Part shown: positions 38,374 to 50,439 of the stretch, in pieces | How positions within the stretch are numbered: the stretch's first letter is position 1 | Layout: every line of letters starts with the position of its first letter | NCBI GenBank assembly: GCA_032027205.1 | Contig: JAVSMN010000001.1 | Span: forward strand, 1,439,300 to 1,503,299 | DNA length: 64,000 bases | From: Burkholderiaceae bacterium | GTDB taxonomy: Bacteria; Pseudomonadota; Gammaproteobacteria; Burkholderiales; Burkholderiaceae_E | Direction of reading: 5' to 3' | Program-made: the position numbers and the translations under genes | Notes under the pieces: model-generated | Databases searched by the model: none | What the model saw: the letters and a program-made list of their open reading frames with translations, nothing else | Told to the model about the DNA's origin: nothing

Positions 38374-39183
38374 TCAGATCAACTCGAGAAAGCGTTGGAT
38401 CTCGGTATTCACGACCTCCGGATGCGTGATCGGGCCCATGTGCCCCAGTTCGTCGAACTCCACGGCGCGCGCCGCAGGAAGTTCGGGAATCAGTATCCGG
38501 GCGACACCGTGTGCGGAGGCGGTCGAGCGCGTGCCGACCATGTACAGCACGGGCACGGCAATTCTCCGGAACTCTTCGATGCGTGCGGGCTCCGTGAACA
38601 ATGCGTGTGCCCACCTGCGGACGTTCGCGACCGAGTCCGCGATCGGTTGCCGGCGCGGCGACGGCGTATTCGCCCACGCGCCCGCACCCATCCAGTAGTC
38701 GATGAACGCCTGCGCCGCCGCGTCACGATCGCCGGAATCGAGGGCGGCGGCTGCGTCGGCGACTGCGTTGCGAATGCCTTCCGCCGGGTTGGGGCGCGGA
38801 AGCGCAGCATCGATCAGCGCAAACAGCGTGGGCTCGTACAGCGCCAGCGCGCGAACTCGGTCCGGATACGTCAGCGCGAGCTTGAGCGCCACGGCCGCGC
38901 CATAGGAATGCCCCACCAACGTGACGGGTCCCTGCAATCGATCGAGAAGAGCCGCGATGAGCGCGACCTCGTCGGCAAGCGATATGTAGCGGTCGGACGG
39001 CCAGTCGGGGCTCTTGCCCGAGCCGTAGGAATCCGGCGCCAGCACCTGGTATGCAGGAGCCAGGAGATCCATCAGCGCGCGCCATTGACTGGAACTGCTG
39101 GCGTTGGAGTGCAGGCAGACGACGGCTGCGCCGGCACCTGACTCGCGCACGAACGGTAGGGAAAGTTCCACGCGCGCTCCCAT
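38374..39183 (-). CDS. Alpha/beta-hydrolase fold protein
   Basis: 269 aa with the nucleophile elbow GHSYGA and a C-terminal H (..LGHMGPITHPE..). Confidence 0.85.
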   Translation of the reverse strand: MGARVELSLPFVRESGAGAAVVCLHSNASSSSQWRALMDLLAPAYQVLAPDSYGSGKSPDWPSDRYISLADEVALIAALLDRLQGPVTLVGHSYGAAVALKLALTYPDRVRALALYEPTLFALIDAALPRPNPAEGIRNAVADAAAALDSGDRDAAAQAFIDYWMGAGAWANTPSPRRQPIADSVANVRRWAHALFTEPARIEEFRRIAVPVLYMVGTRSTASAHGVARILIPELPAARAVEFDELGHMGPITHPEVVNTEIQRFLELI

Positions 39184-39327
39184 GGTCCGTGCAAGGCTTC
39201 TTGCCGCAGCTCAGCTGCCGTTCGAAGCGCCAGTTCGCCGATCCGGCGCCGTCGTGATCCCCGATCACGCCGCATTCTCCTCCGCGCGACGCAGCGCGTC
39301 CCGGTACCCCTCAGGGCCGTGGGCGCG

Positions 39328-39399
39328 GCGGCGACGCATGACGTGATCGAAGTAGGCGCGGATCTCGTCCGCGCCGGCGAGCTCGTAGTAGCCGGCGTT
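39328..39399 (-). pseudogene. 72-bp relic of a paralogue of the FAD oxidoreductase gene
   Basis: 39328-39399 matches 36808-36879 with 2-3 mismatches (..catgacgtgatcgaagtaggc.cggatctcgtccgcgccggcgagctcgtagtagccggcgttcg.). It would encode NAGYYELAGADEIRAYFDHVM. There is no flanking ORF. Confidence 0.6.
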
Positions 39400-39435
39400 C
39401 GGACGCCGATCGCGCCGAGGACATCCCCCGGCCGC

Positions 39436-40248
39436 TCACTCCTTGTACGACGGATCGATTGCGTCGACCCTTCTCACCAGTGCATCGAAAGCTGCCAGGC
39501 AGATCTTCGGTTGCAGCGCCGCCGCTTCCCGGTGCGCCTGCATCAGCGCGGCCTCAGCCGGGCGTCGCATCGGCCCGAGCGCTGCCGCTGCAACCTGAAC
39601 GTCGCAGGCACGTTGCAGCAACCACAGCCACATGAACGCTTCCTCGAGGGTCTCGCCCCAGGTAAGCAATCCGTGGTTGCGAAGAATCACCACCCGGCGG
39701 TCACCGATGCTGGCCAGCATCCGCTGCTGCTCGTCCGGGTTGACCGTCACGCCCTCGAAGTCGTGATACGCCACTCGACCGCGCAGTTGTGCGCCGTAGA
39801 ACGAGTCGTGCGACAACCCGCCGCCCGAGCAGGCGACCGCGCTTCCGGTGGTCGTATGCGTGTGCATCACGCAGTGGGCGGCGTGAATATGACCATGGAT
39901 CGCGCTATGCGTGACGAAGCCGGCGAGATTGACCGGATGGTCGGCCGGACGAACCGGCTGGCCCTCGAGGTCGATGGCAACGAGATTCGACGCGGTCACC
40001 TCGCTGTAGTGAAGCCCGAACGGATTGATCAGGAAGACCGTCTCGGGTCCGGGAACTCGCAACGTGATGTGATTGAAGATCGATTCCGTCCACCCGAGGT
40101 GGTCGAAGATGCGATAGCACGCAGCCAAGCGCACTCGCGCCGTGCGCTCCGCGTCCGTCATCGGGACGCTATGCGCGCCTGCCCGAGCGGCTTTCTCCAA
40201 AAGGAGGCCTTGCGGCTTCGAGGCGTCCGACATGGCGGCCTCCGGCAA
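39436..40248 (-). CDS. Class II aldolase/adducin-family protein
   Basis: 270 aa. ..FNHITLRVPG.. and ..HCVMHTHTTTGSAVA.. are typical motifs. Confidence 0.85.
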   Translation of the reverse strand: MPEAAMSDASKPQGLLLEKAARAGAHSVPMTDAERTARVRLAACYRIFDHLGWTESIFNHITLRVPGPETVFLINPFGLHYSEVTASNLVAIDLEGQPVRPADHPVNLAGFVTHSAIHGHIHAAHCVMHTHTTTGSAVACSGGGLSHDSFYGAQLRGRVAYHDFEGVTVNPDEQQRMLASIGDRRVVILRNHGLLTWGETLEEAFMWLWLLQRACDVQVAAAALGPMRRPAEAALMQAHREAAALQPKICLAAFDALVRRVDAIDPSYKE

Positions 40249-40258
40249 AGAATTCAGA

Positions 40259-40684
40259 TCACTGCGGGGCAGCAGGTGCCAGACCGTACCGGGCCATCAC
40301 CGCCATGAGCGCGACCTTGTCGGGCGGGCTTCCTGCGTTGATCACCTCGGCGACGTCCTTGAAGTACTGCACGCCGATATCCGGCGACTGGATGATCAAC
40401 GCACGCGCGCTCGCCGAAAACGGATTCGCAAAGGCGTGCACGACCCCTTTCGGCGTGCTCATGCTCTCGCCCGGGCCGAGGTCGCGCGTTTCGTTGCCCG
40501 CCGTGTAGCGCAGCGTGCCCTCCAGCACGTACACGCACTCCTCGTTGTTGGAGTGACTGTGCGGCGGCGGCACGTTCGAGCCTGCGGGCACCGTCAATTC
40601 GAATACGCCGAGCCCGCCTGAGCGGGAGCCGTCGAGGATGTAGTGGATGCCCAATTGACCGACCTTCACTTCGGCAGTGCTCAT
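40259..40684 (-). CDS. Cupin-domain protein
   Basis: Trimmed to MSTAEVKVGQLGIHY.. Cupin motifs ..PPPHSHSNNEECVYVLEG.. and ..PKGVVHAFAN.. Confidence 0.75.
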   Translation of the reverse strand: MSTAEVKVGQLGIHYILDGSRSGGLGVFELTVPAGSNVPPPHSHSNNEECVYVLEGTLRYTAGNETRDLGPGESMSTPKGVVHAFANPFSASARALIIQSPDIGVQYFKDVAEVINAGSPPDKVALMAVMARYGLAPAAPQ

Positions 40685-40818
40685 GAGCTCTCCCTCGTCC
40701 ACGGCAGTCAGTCGGGATGATCGCGCCGCGATGCGGCACTTGCACTCGACTTCAGGAAATATTCTCCTCCGATCGGCGCAACGCGTCCGGCTAGGCCCGG
40801 GCTCGAGCATCCACCGGC

Positions 40819-40941
40819 TCATCCCGCTGCCGCGCGCTTTCGACCCGCGCCTTCAGCGCCCGAAAAATCCGTCAGCACGGCCCACACCCGCTCTGCCGAC
40901 GCCTCGATCTCGATTTGCGTATGCAGGTTGTGAACGGCCAT
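40819..40941 (-). pseudogene. Possible N-terminal stub of an SRPBCC (polyketide cyclase/START-like) protein
   Basis: MAVHNLHTQIEIEASAERVWAVLTDFS.. then terminates after 40 codons. The N-terminus resembles SRPBCC proteins. Confidence 0.35.
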
Positions 40942-40969
40942 CCGACTCCTTATGGTGTTCCGGTCCAAG

Positions 40970-41250
40970 TCACCGGTTGTAGAACTCGTCCCATTCGAGT
41001 TCGGTCCACCACTCGGCCTCGAGTCCGTTGCAGGTCTCGCCGTAGCCTCGGCACATGAAGCAAGCGTCACCGCGCACGAGCGCATCGTCACGGGTCCGCG
41101 GTCAGCCGGCAACTGCGCTTCCTTCACGAGCGCGTCGAAGAGCACGTGCTCTTCGCGATCGTGATGGAAACGGCCGGCGAACTCGGTGAAGAAGGCAGCG
41201 AACCGTCTGCCGTCCTCCAGGTCCGCAGTTCCGGCGACGCGTTCGCGCGC
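40970..41250 (-). pseudogene. Possible hemerythrin-like domain remnant with a frameshift
   Basis: Own translation: ..RFAAFFTEFAGRFHHDREEHVLFDALVKEAQLP.. Then, in another frame, ..DDALVRGDACFMCRGYGETCNGLEAEWWTELEWDEFYNR-stop. There is no start codon, and the upstream end abuts the methyltransferase stop. Confidence 0.35.
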
Positions 41251-41254
41251 CTCG

Positions 41255-42001
41255 TCACCGCCTCATCAGCGCGAACACACCCCAGCCCAGGTATTCACGC
41301 GTGTATGTGGCATAGCGCTCGGGTTCCGAGGTCAGTGTGGCTCGAACCTCTTTCGCGAACTCGTCGTCGGGATTGGCTTCAAGCCACCGGCGCATCGTGA
41401 GCCACTTGGCCGCCTCGTATCGGTCCCAGCTGTCCTGGTCCGCCAGGACCATCTCCACGACGTCGTAGCCGAGGCGGCCGAAAGACGCGAGAAGCTGCGG
41501 AAGCAGGAGGAAATCGGAGATCGAGCCGGCGAGACAGCCCTTGGCGACATCTTCCGTCGGCGGCAACTGCCGCCAATAGGGTTCGCCGATGAGGATGATT
41601 CCGCCAGGGCGCAGGCTCTGCGCCAGAAGTTCGATGGTGCCGGCGACTCCCCCACCGATCCACGTGGCGCCCAGACATGCTGCCACACCGACCTTCTCGT
41701 CAGAGACGAAGCCGGCAGCATCGCCATGGAGGAACGTGACTCGATCGGCGACACCCAGTTCTTCAGCGCGAAGTTTCGCTTGCTCGGTGAACAACTGGCT
41801 CAAGTCGATTCCGGTGCCGATGACTCCGTAATCGCGTGCCCAGGTGCACAGCATCTCCCCCGAACCGCTACCGAGATCGAGCACTCGGGTTCCCGGTTCC
41901 AGACGCAGCGCGGCGCCGAGAGTGGCTAGCTTTTCGGGCGTGAACGGGTCATGGATGCGGTGAGCGCTCTCGGTGATGTTGAAGATCCGTGGAATATCCA
42001 T
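41255..42001 (-). CDS. Class I SAM-dependent methyltransferase
   Basis: Trimmed to MDIPRIFNITES.. Motif I is VLDLGSGSGEM. Confidence 0.85.
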   Translation of the reverse strand: MDIPRIFNITESAHRIHDPFTPEKLATLGAALRLEPGTRVLDLGSGSGEMLCTWARDYGVIGTGIDLSQLFTEQAKLRAEELGVADRVTFLHGDAAGFVSDEKVGVAACLGATWIGGGVAGTIELLAQSLRPGGIILIGEPYWRQLPPTEDVAKGCLAGSISDFLLLPQLLASFGRLGYDVVEMVLADQDSWDRYEAAKWLTMRRWLEANPDDEFAKEVRATLTSEPERYATYTREYLGWGVFALMRR

Positions 42002-42147
42002 TGCGAGAATCTCCCGAGTTGCTTTTGGAACGACGCGTCGATCGTGCTCGTCAGCGTCTTGAGGGCCCGGTTTCGCGGGCTCGCGAACATGTCGGCGCCA
42101 CTTCGGGAGTGGCAAGAACCTCGCGCGCCGAGCGTCGGCGACCGACT

Positions 42148-42489
42148 CTAGGACTGGGGATCGGCCCCGAAGACGCGAAGCTCTTGGCCGCAGCGGCAGG
42201 CCTTTGCGATGCGGGCGGCCCATAGAACAGCCTCTTCACGCGCCGGAACTTCCAGCACGGCAAAACCGCCGTTCAGCATGGGTGCCCACGGATAGCCGCC
42301 CTCTACGACAGTACCGTCGGCGGACACGAGCACGGGCGGCACCTGTTCGTCGATTCCTCCGGCAAACACATACACGCCAGCAGCCTTGGCTTGGTCGATC
42401 ACCGCGCGCGCGTCGCGGCCCACCGCCTCCCACTCACCGTCCGCGACGCGCATCGCAGCGCTCGGGAACGAGATCAGGTATCTGGCCAT
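42148..42489 (-). CDS. YciI/DGPF-like family protein
   Basis: 113 aa: MARYLISFPSAAM..AAGVYVFAGGI..GGFAVLEV.. is YCII-related-like. Confidence 0.7.
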   Translation of the reverse strand: MARYLISFPSAAMRVADGEWEAVGRDARAVIDQAKAAGVYVFAGGIDEQVPPVLVSADGTVVEGGYPWAPMLNGGFAVLEVPAREEAVLWAARIAKACRCGQELRVFGADPQS

Positions 42490-42559
42490 GGTGCTCTTCC
42501 GGGAACCAGCGCCGGCGACGGCAGTACTGCTATTGCAGTCGCCACATTGCCCCCTTGGC

Positions 42560-42637
42560 AGCTAACGTTCGACACGAGCGGCGGACGAAAGCTGGCGCAG
42601 TCCGCTGGAGGACGTCCGCTCGATGGAGGGGTCAGGC
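42560..42637 (-). other. attC recombination site (78 bp, 'house' family)
   Basis: agCTAACgttcgacacgagcggc...gtccgctcgatggagggGTCAGGc. The stop codon of the upstream cassette ORF lies in the GTCAGG end. Confidence 0.7.
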
Positions 42638-43078
42638 CCCGCCTTCGACATTCTGCGGCTCATGCTCGAGGGACGCGTCCGGTCTCCCGCTGACGGCGAC
42701 CATTGTCCACTGATCACCTTGCTTGAGATAGACCTCTGTCCACTTGCCCGTGACATCGAGTGGCATGCCCACCCGGGGCTCCACTGTCGCTCTGTAGGAG
42801 TAGTGCACGACACCGACCTTGTGCTCGTAGACCTGGACGCTATGCGGAAAGAGTGAGTAGCGCTGCAGTACCGGCGTATCTCCAGTGACCGACTCGATGG
42901 CGGAGTCCTTGTCGTGTGGAAGCTCCGTCGACATGTCCCAGCCGACGTACTGTGGATGCAGGGCCGATCCGATGAGTGCTCGATCGCGGCTGCGCGACTG
43001 AGCCCACAACTCATCAACTCGATCCCACAACTCGCGTTGCTCCTGTGACAACCCCTGTATGGCGATACTCGTCCGCAC
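42632..43078 (-). CDS. SnoaL-like / DUF4440 (NTF2-fold) protein, cassette-type
   Basis: 148 aa with a GTG start. ..GKWTEVYLKQGDQWTMVAVSG.. is typical of NTF2-like proteins. Confidence 0.65.
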   Translation of the reverse strand: MRTSIAIQGLSQEQRELWDRVDELWAQSRSRDRALIGSALHPQYVGWDMSTELPHDKDSAIESVTGDTPVLQRYSLFPHSVQVYEHKVGVVHYSYRATVEPRVGMPLDVTGKWTEVYLKQGDQWTMVAVSGRPDASLEHEPQNVEGGA

Positions 43079-43116
43079 AACGGTGACTCCTGCCGCCCAT
43101 CGCTCGAACTGAGCGG

Positions 43117-43767
43117 TTAGTCCGCACTCTTGCCGGGAAATAGAAGATCGAACAGAGCTGCGATCTTCGGAGTCATGGCCGACCGCCGAGGTCTGGCGAA
43201 GTCGTCTTCGTCGACAAGGACCTTCGTGTAGATCGCTTCGTAGACCCGCTTCACGACGCCGGGCTCCACGAGCTCCTGGTCGAAGCCAGGAATGATGCCG
43301 ATCAACTGCCAGCCGAGCCGCTCGAATTTTTCCGCCATGTACGGCACCTTGAGCGTTGCCAGGCTGTACACCATGCCCATTCCCATCGCACGGCCAAGTG
43401 CCTCGATGAGGCTGGGAAAGCGTTCGCTCAGGTTGATTCCGCGGTGTTGTGGGGAGATGGCGCCAACCCGCCCGTACAACACTTCACTGTCCTTGTCTCG
43501 CTCCACGGAGAGGACTCCCACGAGTTCCTGGCCGTGCTTGAACAGGATGACGAAGAAGTCGCGCTCCGGCTGACCGTCGAGCACCACTCTTTCCTCGTAG
43601 AAGCTCGGCTTGAGGTGGCAACTCGCGTTGCCGACGGCGATGCCTGGATACCAGGAGGCGAAGGCGTTCACCGTTTCCGGGATGTCGGCCCGCGTAATCA
43701 GCTGATACCGGTAGCCCTCGGGAAGCGGGGCACTCGTGGAGAGGTTGTCGATGCTGGTCCACGGCAT
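43117..43767 (-). CDS. GNAT-family N-acetyltransferase
   Basis: Trimmed to MPWTSIDNLS.. (GGGAGA Shine-Dalgarno sequence). Motif A-like ..VGAISPQHRGINLSERF.. Confidence 0.7.
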   Translation of the reverse strand: MPWTSIDNLSTSAPLPEGYRYQLITRADIPETVNAFASWYPGIAVGNASCHLKPSFYEERVVLDGQPERDFFVILFKHGQELVGVLSVERDKDSEVLYGRVGAISPQHRGINLSERFPSLIEALGRAMGMGMVYSLATLKVPYMAEKFERLGWQLIGIIPGFDQELVEPGVVKRVYEAIYTKVLVDEDDFARPRRSAMTPKIAALFDLLFPGKSAD

Positions 43768-43857
43768 GGCGTTCTCCCGAGGCACAGAGCATGCGGCCGC
43801 CGGTTCATTCTGCGCGCAAGAATCGCGCACGTCACCATCGCGGCTCTGTCTCGGCAC

Positions 43858-44268
43858 TCATGAGGTCGCGATCTCGTCGTAGCCACGGCCAACAAACTCA
43901 ATCAGGCACAGACCATTGCCGAAGGGATCCGCCAGGAGCGCCAACTTGCCCCAGGTGCTGCTCCGAGTGGGCGTCTCGACAGTGGCGCCCGCCGCGACGG
44001 CACGACGAAGTGCGTTGTCGATATCGCGAACAACGAAGTCGAGGTGAACCGGCGTCCAATGACGCCCGTAGTCGCGGAGCTGCGTGGCATTCGCAAATGG
44101 CTGGGTGCCACGTGCCTTGACCAGCAGATAGATCGGTGCGCAAGCTCCGAGCAGTTCGACTGCGTCCGTTCCCAATCTGCGCCCGATCCGCAAATCAAAC
44201 GCGCCGGTATAGAAGGCAATGGCGCGCTGCAAGTCGTCGACGTCGATATTCACCAACAGCTCGGCCAT
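43858..44268 (-). CDS. VOC (glyoxalase/bleomycin-resistance) family protein
   Basis: 136 aa: MAELLVNIDVDDLQRAIAFYTGAFDL..LADPFGNGLCLIE.. Confidence 0.8.
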   Translation of the reverse strand: MAELLVNIDVDDLQRAIAFYTGAFDLRIGRRLGTDAVELLGACAPIYLLVKARGTQPFANATQLRDYGRHWTPVHLDFVVRDIDNALRRAVAAGATVETPTRSSTWGKLALLADPFGNGLCLIEFVGRGYDEIATS

Positions 44269-44280
44269 CGCTGCGTCCCG

Positions 44281-44358
44281 AGCTGACGTTCGACGTGAGC
44301 GGCGACTGCAGGCGAGCGAAGCTTGCCGGCAGACGTCCGCTCGATGAAAGGGTCAGGC
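44281..44358 (-). other. attC recombination site (78 bp, 'house' family)
   Basis: agCTGACgttcgacgtgagcggc...gtccgctcgatgaaaggGTCAGGc. Same backbone as the sites at 42560 and 50944. Confidence 0.7.
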
Positions 44359-44393
44359 CGCGCGTTCGACCTCTTCTGGTTCGGCGTCATCCG

Positions 44394-44795
44394 CTACCGA
44401 TCTTCGCCGTGAAAAGAAATGCGCCACCGATCCGGCTCGTGGCACTCGAACAACTCGATAAGCAAGTCGTCCGGTCCGGCGATCATGACGTATTGGAATG
44501 TCTCGTCTTCCTGGATCGGCTTGCGAAAGGCGAACCCGTTCGACTTCATATGGTCGACCAGCCGGGCGAGATCGTCAGTCGCGATTCCCAGGTGATGAAA
44601 CGCCCCACCTCGCGGAACCTTGGGCGGCTGATCGTAGATCAGGATGAACGCACCTCCGATCTGCAGGCGGATGCCTCGCGCGCCGGCCACCACTTCATCC
44701 CAAACGACAGTCGCGCCGAACATGGTCTGGAAGAAACGGACCGTGGCCGCTGGGTCCGAAGCGAAGATATGGGCGTGGTCCAGACTGACTCGCAT
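44394..44795 (-). CDS. VOC (glyoxalase) family protein
   Basis: 133 aa: MRVSLDHAHIFASDPAATVRFFQTMFGA..FHHLGIATDDL.. Confidence 0.8.
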   Translation of the reverse strand: MRVSLDHAHIFASDPAATVRFFQTMFGATVVWDEVVAGARGIRLQIGGAFILIYDQPPKVPRGGAFHHLGIATDDLARLVDHMKSNGFAFRKPIQEDETFQYVMIAGPDDLLIELFECHEPDRWRISFHGEDR

Positions 44796-45048
44796 GGCGT
44801 CCTCAGTCCTTCATGTTGATGACATCCGAGACGCGCTGGTACCGTGCAGCCACGTGATCGTTGATCCAGACGTGCAGTTCCTCGGCGCTCGCCGTCGCGC
44901 GCTCGCGCAAGAACGAGAGTCGCGAGGTCGAGTGACTCCCTGGCGCGGCAATTACATCACGCGAGCGACCAACAATCCTGGATGACACTTCAGGGCGCGC
45001 GCGAGCCCCTTTGCACGTTCGACGCCAATCCGAACGCGCTCGTTCTAA

Positions 45049-45423
45049 TCAGGTCGGCTCGAACATGATGAGACGACAACCCGACGTGCCGATGTTCTCG
45101 ACGACGTGGCCAGGGATCGGCCGCTGCACGTTTGCGGCGCCGGCGCGTAGGTGGGCGTCCCGGTATGTTCCGTCCTGGGAGTACATCCTGAGACTGCAGT
45201 CCGTCAGAGGGTAGACGGCGTTGGCCGGGTGCGAGTGGACTACGTCCTTCTGCCCCGGCTTCCAGGTCACCTCAATGACCTTGTATTGGTCGTTCTGAGC
45301 GATGACCTTGTAGATGTCGGGCGATGCCACGAATGAGCGAGGCAACTCTTGCGCGAGCGCCTGGCTGGCAGGGCCCAGACAGTTCGCCGTGAGCAGAGCG
45401 GCGACAGCGATGTATCTGCGCAT
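45049..45423 (-). CDS. Secreted cupin-like protein
   Basis: Trimmed to MRRYIAVAALLTANCLGPASQALA (signal peptide). ..DVVHSHPANAVYPL.. and ..GHVVENIG.. are cupin-like. The ORF-track start at 45450 is also possible. Confidence 0.6.
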   Translation of the reverse strand: MRRYIAVAALLTANCLGPASQALAQELPRSFVASPDIYKVIAQNDQYKVIEVTWKPGQKDVVHSHPANAVYPLTDCSLRMYSQDGTYRDAHLRAGAANVQRPIPGHVVENIGTSGCRLIMFEPT

Positions 45424-45539
45424 ACGGTTTCCTGAGGGGTGCGTGGTCATGTGACCACGGCCTCAGGTTAGCGGTCGTGTTAGCGCCGCAGTAATACTGA
45501 CCCACTTCGTCGGAGTAAAACTGACCCACCTGGCCGACG

Positions 45540-48374
<2,835 letters not shown>

Positions 48375-48426
48375 AAGCTGGAGTAGCCTGCCTCCGGAGC
48401 CCCTTCAAAGAGGGCATGGAGGAGCG

Positions 48427-49538
48427 ATGAAGAAGTCGAGGTATACGGAGGAGCAGATCGCCTATGTGCTGCGTCAGGCCGAATCGGGTACGCCGGTGTC
48501 TGACGTGTGCCGCAGCACCGGGATCTCGGAGGCGACCTTCTACAACTGGAAAAAGAAGTACGCGAACCTGGGTGTCACGGAATTGCGCCGGCTCAAGCAG
48601 CTCGAAGACGAGAACGCACGCCTGAAGCGCCTGGTGGCCGATCTGACGCTGGACAAACACATCCTGAACGAGGTGATCCGAAAAAAGCTCTGACGCCGAC
48701 GCGGCGCCGAGAGCTCACTCGATGGATCCACGAACGGTTCCAGGTGAGCTTGACGCGAGCGTGTCGGCTGGGTGGGGTCAGCCGGGCCGGTTGGTACCGG
48801 CGCAGCACCGCACGGGATCACAGTGGGCTGCAGATGCGAATTCGCGATCTCGCGCTCAGCCGGCCACGCTTCGGCTATCGGCGCATCCATGTGCTGCTGC
48901 GTCGCGAGGGCTGGCTGATCAACCTGAAACGCGTACATCGGCTCTACCGCCTGGAAGGGCTGCAGGTGCGAATGCGGGTCAGGCGACGCAAGCGGCTCAG
49001 CCTGCATCGCGGCCCCGCGCCCGCAGCGCGGGCCCTTGATGAACGGTGGAGCATGGATTTCGTCCACGATCAGCTGGTCGACGGCAGGACGTTTCGTGTG
49101 CTGACCGTCGTCGACAATTGGAGTCGTGAGAGCGTATTGCTGGAGGCCGGGTTCCGGCTCACCGGCCAGAGCGTCGTGGCGGCACTGGCGAGAGTGGCAA
49201 CCCGACGCAAGCTTCCGCGTTCGATCACCGTCGACCATGGCACCGAGTTCACCTCGCGGGCTTTGGATGAATGGGCGTGGGCGAGCGGAGTACAGCTGGA
49301 CTTCACGCGACCCGGCAGGCCCACCGATAATGGGCTGTGCGAGTCGTTCAATGGTCGGCTGCGCGATGAATGCCTGAACGTCACCGAGTTTGAATCGATT
49401 GCCCATGCGCATCAAAGGCTGGAGGCTTGGCGCACCGACTACAACGAGCAACGTCCACATGGCGCACTCGGTCATCTGACCCCGAGTGAATACGCCCGAT
49501 CAGGTCGGACCCATGCTTCGGAAGGCGAGTCACCCTAG
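48427..49538 (+). CDS. IS3-family transposase OrfA (48427-48693) / OrfB (to 49538), with an A6G slippery heptamer at 48681-48687
   Basis: OrfA is MKKSRYTEEQIAYVLRQAESGTPVSDVCRSTGISEATFYNWKKKY.. The -1 frame after AAAAAAG continues KKALTPTRRRELTRWIHERF.. with DDE motifs ..WSMDFV..TVDHGTEF..ESFNGRLRDECLN.. Confidence 0.85.
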
Positions 49539-49622
49539 TTCAGAACCGTCTACAAAATGGGGCAACGTCATCGTCAAAGCGGACTCTAATCCCGGGCGGG
49601 ACTGATTCAGGGGAGCAGGTCA

Positions 49623-49806
49623 GGTAAAGACAATCTGCGTTAACGCCACCATCAAGGGGGTCGAAATACGGGATCTCATACCCGCTACCCATCTCTATTC
49701 GGAGACTTCTAACGAAAGCCGAAACCGGTGCGACGTGGTCGTCTTCAATTGCTGCGAGACGCTGCTGGCGCGCTTCGGGTGATCTGAGAATCTTCGGCGC
49801 GCCCAT
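49623..49806 (-). pseudogene. Cassette ORF truncated by IS insertion (possibly a uracil-DNA-glycosylase-superfamily-like N-terminus)
   Basis: MGAPKILRSPEARQQRLAAIEDDHVAPVSAFVRSLRIEMGSGYEIPYFDPLDGGVNADCLYL, then runs into the IS terminus. The FDPxDGG motif recalled from UDG-like proteins is weak evidence. Confidence 0.4.
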
Positions 49807-49821
49807 GTCTTCGCTTATGTC

Positions 49822-49920
49822 GACTAACGTTCAAGCTCAGCGGCCGGCAAAAGAGGCGCGGCTTTTGCGCAAGCAAAAGGCGTGACGCATTTGACGGTCC
49901 GCTGCAGCGAAATGTTAGGC
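49822..49920 (-). other. attC recombination site (99 bp, divergent type)
   Basis: GACTAACgttcaagctcagcggcc...gacggtccgctgcagcgaaatGTTAGGC. The central arms are complementary (ggcaaaagaggcgcggcttttgcgcaagcaaaagg). Confidence 0.75.
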
Positions 49921-49930
49921 CGCACCATCA

Positions 49931-50353
49931 TCATTTCTGTCCGCGAATCCACAGCGGGTGAATGTACTGACCATGGATGGAACGTAGCTCTGGCTCATTC
50001 GTGTGTCGGAGCTGGCCACTCGCTGAATCGTGCCGAAAGCGACTGTAGGCCTCGCTGTCAGCCGCAAGAATCTCAAGAGCACCGCGACGAACCCGCCAAG
50101 TCGATTCATTGGCATTGCGACCTTCTCCGATGTCACCGTTATCCAGGAACGTGAGCACTTTCGACTGGCCGGTCATCGGATTGAATACGAAGTTAAATCG
50201 CCTCCCATTCAGAAGCAGCTTCCCAAGCTTGCGCGAAGAAAGCCACCATCTCAATGGCCCAGCAAGCCAAGCGACCGCTGCCAGGAAAGCCGTTGCCAAG
50301 ATAGTGGCAATGATCTGCCCCGCGATCGAGCTAAGTAAGGCGTCTGGATCCAT
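49931..50353 (-). CDS. Cassette 3 ORF: small N-terminally membrane-anchored protein, no recognisable domain
   Basis: 140 aa with a TM helix IAGQIIATILATAFLAAVAWLAG followed by a ~100-aa soluble part. Low GC. Confidence 0.6.
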   Translation of the reverse strand: MDPDALLSSIAGQIIATILATAFLAAVAWLAGPLRWWLSSRKLGKLLLNGRRFNFVFNPMTGQSKVLTFLDNGDIGEGRNANESTWRVRRGALEILAADSEAYSRFRHDSASGQLRHTNEPELRSIHGQYIHPLWIRGQK

Positions 50354-50371
50354 CGGCGACCTTGCGCTGCG

Positions 50372-50429
50372 GCCTAACGTTAGAATTCACCGGCTGCCAA
50401 AGGCAGTCCGGTGCGACGACCGGTTAGGT
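50372..50429 (-). other. attC recombination site (58 bp, canonical short type)
   Basis: GCCTAACgttagaattcaccggctgccaaaggcagtccggtgcgacgaccgGTTAGGT. Has perfect RYYYAAC and GTTRRRY ends and complementary inner arms. Confidence 0.8.
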
Positions 50430-50439
50430 CGGGGCATGC

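Noticed and set aside
44803-44988. 61-aa minus-strand ORF (MSSRIVGRSRDVIAAPGSH..EELHVWINDHVAARYQRV..) between two cassette genes, considered as a HigA/RHH-type antitoxin.
   Set aside because: The similarity to antitoxin HTH/RHH patterns is vague. No partner toxin ORF is present, and the region may instead be degenerate attC plus spacer. Left unannotated.
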